Shown one piece after another: positions 1 through 9,655 of a stretch of DNA of 64,000 nt. Each line of letters opens with the position of its first letter. The stretch's first letter is position 1. The stretch comes from a virus: positions 64,001 to 128,000 of the IMG/VR virus record IMGVR_UViG_3300046744_000381. One strand, 5' to 3'. The translations under genes were made by a program, and so were the position numbers. The notes below the pieces were generated by a model, which ran no database searches, was not told the DNA's origin, and saw nothing but the letters and a program-made list of their open reading frames with translations.

Positions 1-1
1 A

Positions 2-346
2 AACACTTGTCACGCCTGGGACGGATTGTCATATAAAATCGGAGGCGGCTTTGGTTTTTATGCAAACACAGACGTAACACCAGATCCAGACTTAGAAATA
101 TATCCAACAGATTTTGCAATTACGTTAAGCGATGGAAAAAATTTGCCTAGTGCATTTTGGGATAATCCAACAGGATTAAATTTTGACGGTAAGGGTGTTT
201 TAGCAGTGCCAATTATGAAGTCAAAAGGTTTTACAGAAGCAGAAAAAACTGATATTGATTATGCAGATGAAGGTATGATTATATTTAATAAATCAACCAA
301 AAAGTTTCAAGGATACAATGGAACTAGTTGGGTTGATTTAGGATAG
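2..346 (+). CDS. C-terminal part of a probable fibre/structural protein (runs off the left edge)
   Basis: Frame is open from base 2; ends in EGMIIFNKSTKKFQGYNGTSWVDLG, a terminal motif common in T4-like fibre proteins. Confidence 0.5.
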   Translation, partial: NTCHAWDGLSYKIGGGFGFYANTDVTPDPDLEIYPTDFAITLSDGKNLPSAFWDNPTGLNFDGKGVLAVPIMKSKGFTEAEKTDIDYADEGMIIFNKSTKKFQGYNGTSWVDLG

Positions 347-926
347 GAATAACTGCTTCGGCTTCTGGCCACCTAGTCGAAGATAAAGTTTCGTAAAATT
401 TATCAACATTAATTTTCCAAAAAGTTTGAAATGTTCCTTTGTATTCAAGCTCTACAGGATTTTGAAGAACACCTGCTTTGTGAAAATACTTTGCCCAAAA
501 ATTATGCACTTTATTTTGACTACCGACATCACCGGTGTGTGTGCTAAGATATAAAGGTTTATCTCTACCGATGCCTTCAATACAAGCAGGCAACAAAAAT
601 TGCGAAGCGTGTGAATAATGTATATCGGTCTTCCCTTTAAGACTCTTTACTCTATCTTTTCCGATTAAATGAGTTAACACACAAGTTCTTGCACCGATAC
701 GGTATGCATTTTTTCCTAGTATTCCTAACTCTTCTAATTTATGTGCAACTACTGTTCCTACAACTCTATTATTAAAAAGTAATAACCAAAGTTTTGCATC
801 TTCGTATTTTTTAATATAATCTATAAGCATTTCTTGGCTGCTGTTATTATAGAATTTTTTCTTGTGTGCTTCAATAAAAAAATCAGTTAGGTCTATATCG
901 TTATTGTATAATTTTACTTCAAACAT
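324..926 (-). CDS. Hypothetical protein, possibly GNAT-fold acyltransferase
   Basis: Likely start is the ATG at 926 (MFEVKL), overlapping the radical SAM stop by 8 nt; beta-alpha pattern LWLLLFNNRVVGTVVAH...AYRIGARTCVL is GNAT-like (weak). Confidence 0.35.
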   Translation of the reverse strand: MFEVKLYNNDIDLTDFFIEAHKKKFYNNSSQEMLIDYIKKYEDAKLWLLLFNNRVVGTVVAHKLEELGILGKNAYRIGARTCVLTHLIGKDRVKSLKGKTDIHYSHASQFLLPACIEGIGRDKPLYLSTHTGDVGSQNKVHNFWAKYFHKAGVLQNPVELEYKGTFQTFWKINVDKFYETLSSTRWPEAEAVIPILNQPN

Positions 927-2292
927 AAGTTTCGCATAAATCAAAAAAATCTGCCATTTCAGGAAAAACTTCAATATGATTTACTCCGCGTCGACGATTT
1001 TGTTCTTTAAAAAATTTATGAAAATCCTGTCTTCCTTGTATAATCTTTTCTAATGGATATTCTGTTTTTTCCATATAGTCAACCACACGTCTAAACTTTT
1101 CATACTCAATTGTACTAAACGCATCTTTACGTTCGTCGTCTACATTTTCTTTAATAAATTGCAAATGATCACGCATATAACTAAGATATTCTTTTGGCAA
1201 AATATTCATATCATATTGTAAAGGTTCTTTTAAATGTGGAGTATCAAACCCCAAACGTTGCCATCTATGTGTATCGACATTATTGTATTTTTTGCGCCAT
1301 TCTAATATTTTTTCTAACAGTGTACGGAATGTTGTTACACTAAAAATATTAAATGTAATCATTAAAACCATCGGTGCTTCGCAATTACGCATAAAGTAAT
1401 CTAAGTTGCGTTCAAACACTTCAATGTCTAATCCATCACGAATATATTCTGCACGTTTGCCCCAAGTATCAATACTTGTAAACATTTTAAAACGTCTAAT
1501 CTTATTATTTGTTAACAAGTTGTTTACACGATCTGTAAATTTTGCTAATTGTTTCGGTTTGCCGCCTAAGTTACTGTTACAATTAAGTTCTAATTCTGGC
1601 TTCGGATCTGCATCAAGCATATCAAATAATCTATATGTACTTTGCTGGATAGTCGGTTCGCCACCTGTAATACGTAGTATATGTAAATCTTTACTAAGTT
1701 CGGGCCACCATTTCCAAAATGCATCCAAATATGGATTATTTTCTTCTTCAAATATTTGAAACCAATCAATGTCGCATCTATGATTTTTTACCATATCATA
1801 AGGACCGTGTTGCTTGATCTCTTGATAATATCTGCTACTTGCTTTTGGATGACAATATCCGCAACGGAAGTTGCACTCGTTGCCAAACGAAACTTCTAAG
1901 TATTCTGGATTAACATCAAACTCTGCACCACCTTCTTTAACAGCATTTAATCTATGTTTAAAGAAAATAGTTTGATTGCGTTGTTTTCTGTCACTAACAT
2001 AGTCTTTACCCATTGCTTCAATCTTCCAGCAATAGTTGCATCCACTGGGCTGTTCGCCCTTCATCATAGCAGCACGTTCTGCTTTCTTTTGTGCTGTGTT
2101 GTGTATAGCACTAGGATTTTCCAGTAGCGGTGCTGTATCAATCTTGTGAGGAGCAGGATGATAACAACTGTGTGTTTCACCTGTTTGAAAATATATGTTT
2201 GCGTGATACCATTTAGCAAAACAAAACGTTGGAGATATTTCCTGCGTAATCTTATCGATACGCTTGATTTCTTCGCTTTCGCTACGTTCCAT
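919..2292 (-). CDS. Radical SAM protein with N-terminal SPASM/twitch-like Cys cluster
   Basis: CxxxCxxC (CNFRCGYC, 1852-1875), ITGGEP motif, N-terminal CFAKW...SCYH...CNYCW. Confidence 0.9.
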   Translation of the reverse strand: MERSESEEIKRIDKITQEISPTFCFAKWYHANIYFQTGETHSCYHPAPHKIDTAPLLENPSAIHNTAQKKAERAAMMKGEQPSGCNYCWKIEAMGKDYVSDRKQRNQTIFFKHRLNAVKEGGAEFDVNPEYLEVSFGNECNFRCGYCHPKASSRYYQEIKQHGPYDMVKNHRCDIDWFQIFEEENNPYLDAFWKWWPELSKDLHILRITGGEPTIQQSTYRLFDMLDADPKPELELNCNSNLGGKPKQLAKFTDRVNNLLTNNKIRRFKMFTSIDTWGKRAEYIRDGLDIEVFERNLDYFMRNCEAPMVLMITFNIFSVTTFRTLLEKILEWRKKYNNVDTHRWQRLGFDTPHLKEPLQYDMNILPKEYLSYMRDHLQFIKENVDDERKDAFSTIEYEKFRRVVDYMEKTEYPLEKIIQGRQDFHKFFKEQNRRRGVNHIEVFPEMADFFDLCETYV

Positions 2293-3215
2293 TACTGTTC
2301 TCTATCTAAGAATTGTTTGCTGTTGTCACGTGCAGGGTTTTGATATACTGTTTTAAAAAACTTGCTTTGATTTCCATCAAATGGTTCGGCAGCAATAGGC
2401 AAATCTAGTTCATCTATTAACGAATATCCAAGGTCAACTGTGTCCTGTTCCATTTGATCTTCATCTAACTCTTTGTTGTCCCAATAATTGTTTAGCCATT
2501 TAAAATCACGTACATTTACAAAGTCCCAATCTGTACACATAGTTTTATATAAACCTTCTCTTGCTCCGTAAATAGCCCAACGTCCATTTTCTACATCTGC
2601 ACCAATCATTTGCCAGATGTATAAACGATGCAAGTTTTTCCAATGATTATTTTTAAATTCGTCAACTGTTACACGTAGTCCTTGATCTAGTGCCATCTTA
2701 ACGCCTTCACGGAACCCAGCACGCCACGCTTGATGAGGTGTAGCATTATTATGTACATCGCTAAAAGTTCCGTTCATCTGTACATATTGTGTATTCCAAC
2801 AAAAATCAACTTGAGCGTGTTGATTATCTGCAGGTGCATTTTCGTGTGTACGCATATCAAGAACATATTGCTTTGGCCAACATTTTATTCCTCCATTACC
2901 GTAGCTCAAGCCATTTATAACATTTTTTGCAGTCCAACTTATAACTTTATCTGTTAAATCTAAATTTTCATCAAAGTCTATTGCTTGTGAAAGGAAATCA
3001 TCTCTAATACAATTATCGCCATCAATAGTAATAAATCGATCAGTTTCACTTAATTCAGCACAAGCCTTATGAGCTGCATCAGATCCTTCGACACCGTGTA
3101 CACGTTTTGCCCACGGAACTTTTTTGCACAGATCTGCATAATTTTTTTCTGCATTTGGTTCATCGTAACTAAGATAAACAATATCATAATCAATTACACG
3201 GAATGTATTAGCCAT
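2292..3215 (-). CDS. GT-A fold glycosyltransferase-like protein
   Basis: DIVYLSYDE N-terminal strand, FITIDGD (DxD) motif, AWRAGFREGVK. Confidence 0.65.
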   Translation of the reverse strand: MANTFRVIDYDIVYLSYDEPNAEKNYADLCKKVPWAKRVHGVEGSDAAHKACAELSETDRFITIDGDNCIRDDFLSQAIDFDENLDLTDKVISWTAKNVINGLSYGNGGIKCWPKQYVLDMRTHENAPADNQHAQVDFCWNTQYVQMNGTFSDVHNNATPHQAWRAGFREGVKMALDQGLRVTVDEFKNNHWKNLHRLYIWQMIGADVENGRWAIYGAREGLYKTMCTDWDFVNVRDFKWLNNYWDNKELDEDQMEQDTVDLGYSLIDELDLPIAAEPFDGNQSKFFKTVYQNPARDNSKQFLDREQ

Positions 3216-3768
3216 TTATAACCTCGTGGTAGTATGTAGAAAACTTTCTTATAGTATAAAGGCTTACGTTAATATTGTCAATTTCAAACTTACTGGTAAA
3301 AGGTATTTTTTTTGTTTTAGAGAAATCTAATGTTTTATACAAAACGTTAGGATCGAATAACTTTGTTACACTGTATACCTGATTGCTAGGATTAATAGAG
3401 ATTTTTTGAGATTGCACATAATTTTCAAAGTCTTTGTTCAGTTCTAATTCCCAGCACTTACTTTTGTTATTTTGTTTTATTTTAACTTCGTAAGTGTCTT
3501 TGATTTCTTTTGGTATTTCGTAAACAAAATTTTGTGTATTAAAACTTTCGTTATACTGCTGTTTGCTTTTTAATACATATCTTTTTTCAATAAAGTCATA
3601 TTCAACTTTATAATCACGAAGTGATTCTTTGCCTTCTGCAAAATGACGAACTTGCTCAAAATCTACTAATAAGTTTTCAAAGTTTTCATCAGGGTTGCGT
3701 GTAACTTTATCAATTACACCGTTTTCATCAAAACAAACGTATCTATCAGTGCTAATTGTAATTCTCAT
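3208..3768 (-). CDS. Hypothetical protein in glycosyltransferase operon
   Basis: 186-aa ORF overlapping both neighbours. Confidence 0.6.
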   Translation of the reverse strand: MRITISTDRYVCFDENGVIDKVTRNPDENFENLLVDFEQVRHFAEGKESLRDYKVEYDFIEKRYVLKSKQQYNESFNTQNFVYEIPKEIKDTYEVKIKQNNKSKCWELELNKDFENYVQSQKISINPSNQVYSVTKLFDPNVLYKTLDFSKTKKIPFTSKFEIDNINVSLYTIRKFSTYYHEVING

Positions 3769-4610
3769 TGTATTCCTAAATACTTTTCATATATGTTAAT
3801 TATACGGTCAACTACAAAGTCATCTTCTGTATAATGAAAAACTCCAGCTTGTGTATAATTGCCTATTTTAAGTTGCAAGTCTTCACCTAAATATGTGCCT
3901 ACACGATTTTGCCATTTATCAACTACACTGTTTTGCCAATTTTGTATTCTTGGCTTCATATGTACAAAGCTAGGATATTTAGCACGTGGGTTTGTTACTT
4001 GACTTTCTATGCCCATAATCTTTACAGCAATAGCACTTGATAAATCTATACTGCATTTACGTTGATACATTTTACCGCCGGTGTGTTGTCTATAAAATTG
4101 TTGCCAATTATTTGTTATCATTTCTAGCCAGGTGTAAAACTCGTGTGCAGTATCTGATTTTTTATAATAATGTAATCCACTGTATAGATTTGGTAGTTTG
4201 TTTTTTGCAAATGTGTGTCTATAGTAATCATTTGTTACAAGTTCGTTTCTATAAGTGTAAACATTACTTGTAAAAAACAAATCATAGTTTTTTAAAAAGT
4301 TAAACCAACTGCTAATATCTTGCAAAACAAGCATATCAGTATCCATAACTAATGATTCGTCATATGGAGTTGCGTGATATGTTTTCCATCTATTTTCTAT
4401 TTTCCAATCACTATCTTTAGCGTGATCTCCCCAAGGTATTTCTACAATATCATCGAAAATTTGTTTGTATTTGTCTTGCACTGTATCGTTGGTTATTAAA
4501 CATATTTTTGCATTTTCGTTAGTAGCACGAATACTCATAGCATTTAAATATGCTTGTTGTACATAATCAACATCTGTGTTCTGTGCAAGCATTGTAAAGT
4601 TATTGCTCAT
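3765..4610 (-). CDS. GT8-like glycosyltransferase
   Basis: TPYDESLVMDTDML (DxD), LYSGLHYYKK, FVHMK; paralog of the next gene. Confidence 0.75.
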   Translation of the reverse strand: MSNNFTMLAQNTDVDYVQQAYLNAMSIRATNENAKICLITNDTVQDKYKQIFDDIVEIPWGDHAKDSDWKIENRWKTYHATPYDESLVMDTDMLVLQDISSWFNFLKNYDLFFTSNVYTYRNELVTNDYYRHTFAKNKLPNLYSGLHYYKKSDTAHEFYTWLEMITNNWQQFYRQHTGGKMYQRKCSIDLSSAIAVKIMGIESQVTNPRAKYPSFVHMKPRIQNWQNSVVDKWQNRVGTYLGEDLQLKIGNYTQAGVFHYTEDDFVVDRIINIYEKYLGIQ

Positions 4611-5418
4611 TGATAACTCTCGCTAAACTAAACTTATTCATAACGTGTAAATTACTGCCTTTAAATTTTACAAAAGTGTATTCCCCAAGTCTGTCTCGTT
4701 TTTCTACTAGTAAATCAAATGCATCGTCTTTTATTGATAGAAGTATGTCTCTATCAATTGCATAAAACTTTTTGCCAGGTATTGTACCAACAAAATTGTT
4801 TTCTGTGTATCCAGATAGTATATGCACTGCTATACTAAATGCAAAATCATTTCTGTACACAGTATTTTTAAATTGATACACACCTCTATAGTGTATATAA
4901 TTTTCTTTTATATGTTTAACTAAATTAAAAAAAACTTCACTTGTGTTGTTTTTTCTAAAATATATTACAGTAGCCCAATAAAAATCTATGCCGCCGTCAC
5001 TAATAGATTTAAATTCAGGTGTGCCATTGTGTATTCCTAAATGTGTTGCATCTTTGTATAACAAAAGATCTTTTTGCTGTGTAAAACAATTTAACAATTT
5101 ATCATTTGCTATTATATAATCAGTGTCCATTACAATAGTTTCTTCATAAGGAGATAAGTCGAAACTATGCTCTCTGCCGTAATTGTTAAAATTAAGAACA
5201 CGTTTGTTTAATGAACCATCTCGGTATGCTTTTCTGCTTGTTAATCCATCTTCTACTTTTATAATCTGATCAAAACACTTGTTGTCAACGTCAACATTGG
5301 TTACTAAACTCACAGGTAATTGTAGATATTTTTGTATGCGGTTCGCACAAAAAATAGCTTGGTTTACGTAATTTATACTTTCATTGTTAAATGCAAATAA
5401 TAGTACACCTTGACTCAT
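4600..5418 (-). CDS. GT8-like glycosyltransferase
   Basis: SPYEETIVMDTDYI (DxD), WATVIYFRK, YRNDFAFSIA, LHVMNK. Confidence 0.75.
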   Translation of the reverse strand: MSQGVLLFAFNNESINYVNQAIFCANRIQKYLQLPVSLVTNVDVDNKCFDQIIKVEDGLTSRKAYRDGSLNKRVLNFNNYGREHSFDLSPYEETIVMDTDYIIANDKLLNCFTQQKDLLLYKDATHLGIHNGTPEFKSISDGGIDFYWATVIYFRKNNTSEVFFNLVKHIKENYIHYRGVYQFKNTVYRNDFAFSIAVHILSGYTENNFVGTIPGKKFYAIDRDILLSIKDDAFDLLVEKRDRLGEYTFVKFKGSNLHVMNKFSLARVINEQ

Positions 5419-5762
5419 AAATTCATAATACTTTCAACAGATCTTTCATTCATAAGTTTATTGTATTCTGTTAGGAATCTATTTGAATATGATTGATAAT
5501 TATTAAGAATTGCATTTGTAAATTCTTGTAAGTCTTCGCATTCAACAGGTATATCATTATCATCAATAATAATAGTTGACTCTTGTTTTAATGAAAGTAA
5601 GCTTTGACAAAAACTTATAAGTTCACGAGTAATGGAAAATTGACCGCCTTTGTAATACAAAACAAGATTTTCTTTGTATTGTTCTTTTAAGATTCTTGTT
5701 TGATTATTCAAGGTAACCATATAATTGCTTATCTCAAGGGCTTTTTCAAGACGTTCGTCCAT
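5415..5762 (-). CDS. Hypothetical protein, first gene of the glycosyltransferase operon
   Basis: 115-aa ORF with AGGAG Shine-Dalgarno just downstream of a sigma70 promoter. Confidence 0.65.
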   Translation of the reverse strand: MDERLEKALEISNYMVTLNNQTRILKEQYKENLVLYYKGGQFSITRELISFCQSLLSLKQESTIIIDDNDIPVECEDLQEFTNAILNNYQSYSNRFLTEYNKLMNERSVESIMNL

Positions 5763-5788
5763 AATTTTCTCCTAACTATACCTAGTAT

Positions 5789-5817
5789 AGTATATAACAA
5801 AATTTGATAAATGTCAA
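5789..5817 (-). promoter_or_regulatory. Sigma70-type promoter
   Basis: Minus strand TTGACA (5817-5812), 17 nt, TATACT (5794-5789). Confidence 0.8.
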
Positions 5818-5820
5818 AGG

Positions 5821-6906
5821 TTAAAGTGAACTATCTACTGCACCTGTTGGTGGTGTTTGTACAATAGCATTAAATGTGCTTGCACCGATATTAAATGTAC
5901 TATTAGGAGTAAAAGTATAAAGATTACTTGTCACTGTGCCGCCGACTTGTTCATCAGTGGGCGAACCTTGCTCGCCTGATTCTACCTGATAACCTGTACC
6001 TGTATCACTGTCATCAAATATAATTTCAAATATCATTTGACTGTCGTTTGGGATAACTAAATTAATTTGATATTCGTTATCATCATAAATTTGTTCTACA
6101 GGAATTGCTCCTGTGTTGCCTCCTGAGACACCGCCGCCTACTTTTGTATATAACCTAGTAGCACTATTAAAAAACCCACCACTAGTTGCACTGTTTGTGC
6201 TTATTGAACCTAGTGCATATTCGCTACCAGTTCCGCCTGTTCCTAATGATTCTGTAAAATAATTTGTTGCTTTTTTCCAAAAACGTATTTTACCCATTTC
6301 TGCTAGTATTCTATTCCAGTCCCAATCTTTACTATTTGTAGTACCAGTTGTTCCTCCTGTGAGACTAGCATCAAATCTTATTTGTCCACCTGCATTAAAA
6401 AAATGATTACGTGCATTCGCACTACTCCAACTTACAGTAACTCTATGTCCGATTCTATAAGTTCCGCCTGTGCCCCAAGCAGTTGATCTTGTGCTTGTTA
6501 CAGTTGTAGAACTACTGGTTAGCATACCTGCTTCGTCAAAATTTGCAGAAGGAAATTCTGTTGTATCTCTGTTGAAAGATATTACATCATTGACAAACAA
6601 AGTAAAATCTGTTATATTGGCCCACTGAATTATATCGCCAACATCAACCCTATTCAATGCTATTCTTGTATTATCAGTAGCAAATTGATGTATATGTCCC
6701 GCTTGCAAATCTTTCCATAAATCGTATTGTTGTAAACTTGTAATTACATCGCTAACGCCAGGGGTACTGCCGCCGACAACTAAATCACTTAAAAGTGTAC
6801 GTCCATATCCTAAATCAACATTACTAGTAGTAGGACCAACAATCGGCGACATCAGATTATGGATGCCGTTATAGTCTGATGCTAATATTGGTGTTCCGAC
6901 TGCCAT
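5821..6906 (-). CDS. Virion structural protein (paralog of 6916-8097)
   Basis: Gly/Ser/Thr-rich; shares ARNHFFNAGGQIRF...KDWDW...MGKIRF block with neighbour. Confidence 0.65.
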   Translation of the reverse strand: MAVGTPILASDYNGIHNLMSPIVGPTTSNVDLGYGRTLLSDLVVGGSTPGVSDVITSLQQYDLWKDLQAGHIHQFATDNTRIALNRVDVGDIIQWANITDFTLFVNDVISFNRDTTEFPSANFDEAGMLTSSSTTVTSTRSTAWGTGGTYRIGHRVTVSWSSANARNHFFNAGGQIRFDASLTGGTTGTTNSKDWDWNRILAEMGKIRFWKKATNYFTESLGTGGTGSEYALGSISTNSATSGGFFNSATRLYTKVGGGVSGGNTGAIPVEQIYDDNEYQINLVIPNDSQMIFEIIFDDSDTGTGYQVESGEQGSPTDEQVGGTVTSNLYTFTPNSTFNIGASTFNAIVQTPPTGAVDSSL

Positions 6907-6915
6907 TTGTATTCC

Positions 6916-8097
6916 TTATAACATTTGTATTCTTGTAATTGTAGGAGATGAATTTTCAACATATGGACCTGTTGAACGATATTCAGAGATTACACTGCTC
7001 AACTCGCCTTCTACTCTTTCATCTGCTCCGCCAGAACCGTTTGCATCATCAGTAAATTCAATCTTAAACTGTATTTGTTTTGAACTATTTTCTTTAGCGT
7101 ATATAATATAATCATTTTCGATGTACACTCCGCTACCTGTTTTAGTATACACTACTTGATATGTGCTTGTCAACTCATAATTACCAATAGTGCTGCCTGT
7201 TCCATTATTATTAGAACTTGTTGTATCAGCAAAATTAAATTTTATAGTTCCCATATTTGAAAGCATAGCAGCCCAATCTACTGATTTTTGATAATTCACT
7301 GTACCGCTGTTAGGAAGTCCTGTTAAACTACTTGTAAATCTTAATTCGCCACCTGCGTTAAAAAATCCTCTACGTGCATTACTATCAGCAAATGTAACTT
7401 GAAATTCGTGTATAACTTGCTGAGGTGTTGCTGTTCCGCCCCATAAATCTGTTCTTGTTGCTGTGTCTTTGATGGCCGGATCGGCTTGTGTAGCATCTAC
7501 ATTAAATTTCGCATTTTCACATATTGTGGTTAATGATTCATAAGTTTGATATGATTCTTCACCAATTGTATGCAAAAACGCACCTCCGCTTATGTATGCT
7601 CCCCAACTAGGATCGCCTATTGGAGATGTTAATGGGGTACCTGATGTTCGGTCATATGCATCATATAATTCAAATTCAGTTGCACTTAAAACTTTTGCAT
7701 AGCCTGAGACACCATTAAGTTGTGTCATTCCTTGCACACCAATAATATAGTCTACCCATATTCCTTCAATAAGAAGATGTGCTTCGTTTGTTTGTATTGT
7801 TACAACATTAGAGTTACTTGTGTTAATGGATGCATTTGCGATACTAATTTGTGTGGTATTATCCTTAACTTGCTTAATTAATGATGTCGGTTCGGTACCA
7901 ATTTGATGAGTTCTAATTTTTATAAGGTCTGCATATAATGCATTCATTTCAGTTGCTAATACCACATTTTCTTGAGGAACTTGAGATGAACTAACTGCTT
8001 GATTATATCCGCTAGTTCCAACGCCTACTCCTAAAAGATTACCAATTCTTGATTGTAAAAAATTGTACCTTGCAGCAGAAATTATTTGATTTACCAT
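6916..8097 (-). CDS. Virion structural protein with inserted E1-FCCH-like beta domain
   Basis: ARRGFFNAGGELRF block; insert VQGMTQLNG...KVLSATEF...YISGG. Confidence 0.65.
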   Translation of the reverse strand: MVNQIISAARYNFLQSRIGNLLGVGVGTSGYNQAVSSSQVPQENVVLATEMNALYADLIKIRTHQIGTEPTSLIKQVKDNTTQISIANASINTSNSNVVTIQTNEAHLLIEGIWVDYIIGVQGMTQLNGVSGYAKVLSATEFELYDAYDRTSGTPLTSPIGDPSWGAYISGGAFLHTIGEESYQTYESLTTICENAKFNVDATQADPAIKDTATRTDLWGGTATPQQVIHEFQVTFADSNARRGFFNAGGELRFTSSLTGLPNSGTVNYQKSVDWAAMLSNMGTIKFNFADTTSSNNNGTGSTIGNYELTSTYQVVYTKTGSGVYIENDYIIYAKENSSKQIQFKIEFTDDANGSGGADERVEGELSSVISEYRSTGPYVENSSPTITRIQML

Positions 8098-8118
8098 ATA
8101 CTTTCACCTTTTATATAC

Positions 8119-9624
8119 TTATGTTTTCAAAACACACTCAACTAATTTCTCGTCTTCACTGTCATTAGATTCTAATGCTACTCCAACAAGTGCGGTTGTT
8201 TGTATAGTGCCGCAAACACCATCTTCCCAAGCATATACTGCCTGACCTTTTGCAATAGGACCTTTAACTCTTACAGGAAGTCTTCCTTTTAAACCAATGT
8301 ATTGACCGTCTGCATCACTGTTCATCATTACAGCTGGATCTGTAGATACTACACCAATACACATATCACTTGCTTTTGCTGGTTCTACTTCGTGATCTGG
8401 ATGTCCGCATACTGCAACTGCTGTACCTGCTGGCAATTCTTCAGCAGTGGTATATTTCTCTGCAAGGTCAGCATATCTAGCACGAGTAGCAGTACCAGTA
8501 AAAATATTTGCAACTAAGTTACCGTTTGCATCTCTGACTGCTACTGTATTAGCATCTGCGTTTATAGAGCCAGTTCTATCAACACCATCTACAACTAATG
8601 CACTGGCTTTTGTAGCTGTGCCATTAAATGTAGTTGCGTGTACTGTATTCCAACGTGCGCTAGATGTTCCAATTGTATAAGCATTGTCAATACCTGGGAT
8701 TAGTGCAATATCTGTTCCATTTGTAAATCTAGCAATTTCTAGTAAGCCAGTACCTGATGTGTATGTTTGAAATTTTATTTCATCGCCAATTAAATTAGAT
8801 AATGTTGCTTCATTGCCGTTAGTTACGTGTACTTGGAAGTCTAAACTATCTCCAATTTTTATACCTGCATCGTCTTGAAAATTAACGGCTGTGCCTGCGC
8901 CTGCAGATCTAATAAATTCACTAGAATCTAAACCATCAAATTTGAGAGCATTACTTGCTGATCCCCAAAAGTAAGGCAAAACTGTGTCATCGTCTACACC
9001 TGTAATACCTGTACTAGGTGTTCTAATTAATGTAATACCTTTTTTTACTACCGGAAAATGTCCCGGAATATCATAATCATCTAATGATGCTGGTTGATTG
9101 CTACTAGGTGTAAATGCTGCATCACTAATCATATAAACTGGATTGTTATCGATTAATGCAATTATAACTGGCACAGTTACATCTGATGGCGCTGATGCAA
9201 CATTTGTACTTAATAATTGTGTTGTTCCTGATCCTGCTGCTTGAGGTCCTACTAAAATAAATTCATTTGCACTTGTTCTTGCAAATAATTGATTTGTATT
9301 ACTATTATACCATAGGTCCCCTTCAACAAGGCCTGCTGGTTGTGAAGAACTTACTTCTGCTCCACCTGCTGTTTTCCAAGTTGTTCCTGTGTAATATTTT
9401 AGTTTGTTTGTTGAACTGTCAAACCAAACTTGTCCGCTAAGTGCTTTGCTTGGACTGGTCGAACCTGCAAAACTTTCTAGTAAAAATAAAAAGTTTTCGT
9501 TTTGCGCCTCTCCATAACCACTATAGTTTTTACCAATTAATTTTAAGTCAGTTGTATTATCAACTGTGCCGTCTTCAAGCGATAGTAATTGCTCTCCGCT
9601 AAATCTGTTAATTATGTATGCCAT
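8119..9624 (-). CDS. Tail fibre protein with C-terminal intramolecular chaperone/autoprotease (Peptidase_G2-like) domain
   Basis: YADLAEKY...IGVVSTDP...GLKGRLPVRVKGPIAKGQ C-terminus; N-terminal module shared with the next two genes. Confidence 0.75.
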   Translation of the reverse strand: MAYIINRFSGEQLLSLEDGTVDNTTDLKLIGKNYSGYGEAQNENFLFLLESFAGSTSPSKALSGQVWFDSSTNKLKYYTGTTWKTAGGAEVSSSQPAGLVEGDLWYNSNTNQLFARTSANEFILVGPQAAGSGTTQLLSTNVASAPSDVTVPVIIALIDNNPVYMISDAAFTPSSNQPASLDDYDIPGHFPVVKKGITLIRTPSTGITGVDDDTVLPYFWGSASNALKFDGLDSSEFIRSAGAGTAVNFQDDAGIKIGDSLDFQVHVTNGNEATLSNLIGDEIKFQTYTSGTGLLEIARFTNGTDIALIPGIDNAYTIGTSSARWNTVHATTFNGTATKASALVVDGVDRTGSINADANTVAVRDANGNLVANIFTGTATRARYADLAEKYTTAEELPAGTAVAVCGHPDHEVEPAKASDMCIGVVSTDPAVMMNSDADGQYIGLKGRLPVRVKGPIAKGQAVYAWEDGVCGTIQTTALVGVALESNDSEDEKLVECVLKT

Positions 9625-9643
9625 CTTTGTTCCTCATATAGTA

Positions 9644-9649
9644 TATTTA
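9644..9649 (-). promoter_or_regulatory. gp55-type late promoter (TAAATA)
   Basis: ATAAATA on the minus strand in the short intergenic gap before a GAGG SD and ATG. Confidence 0.55.
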
Positions 9650-9655
9650 TTTGTT

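Noticed and set aside
927-974. Upstream start for the 216-aa ORF given in the track
   Set aside because: Overlaps the radical SAM gene by 56 nt; the ATG at 926 gives the short overlap seen elsewhere in the operon.
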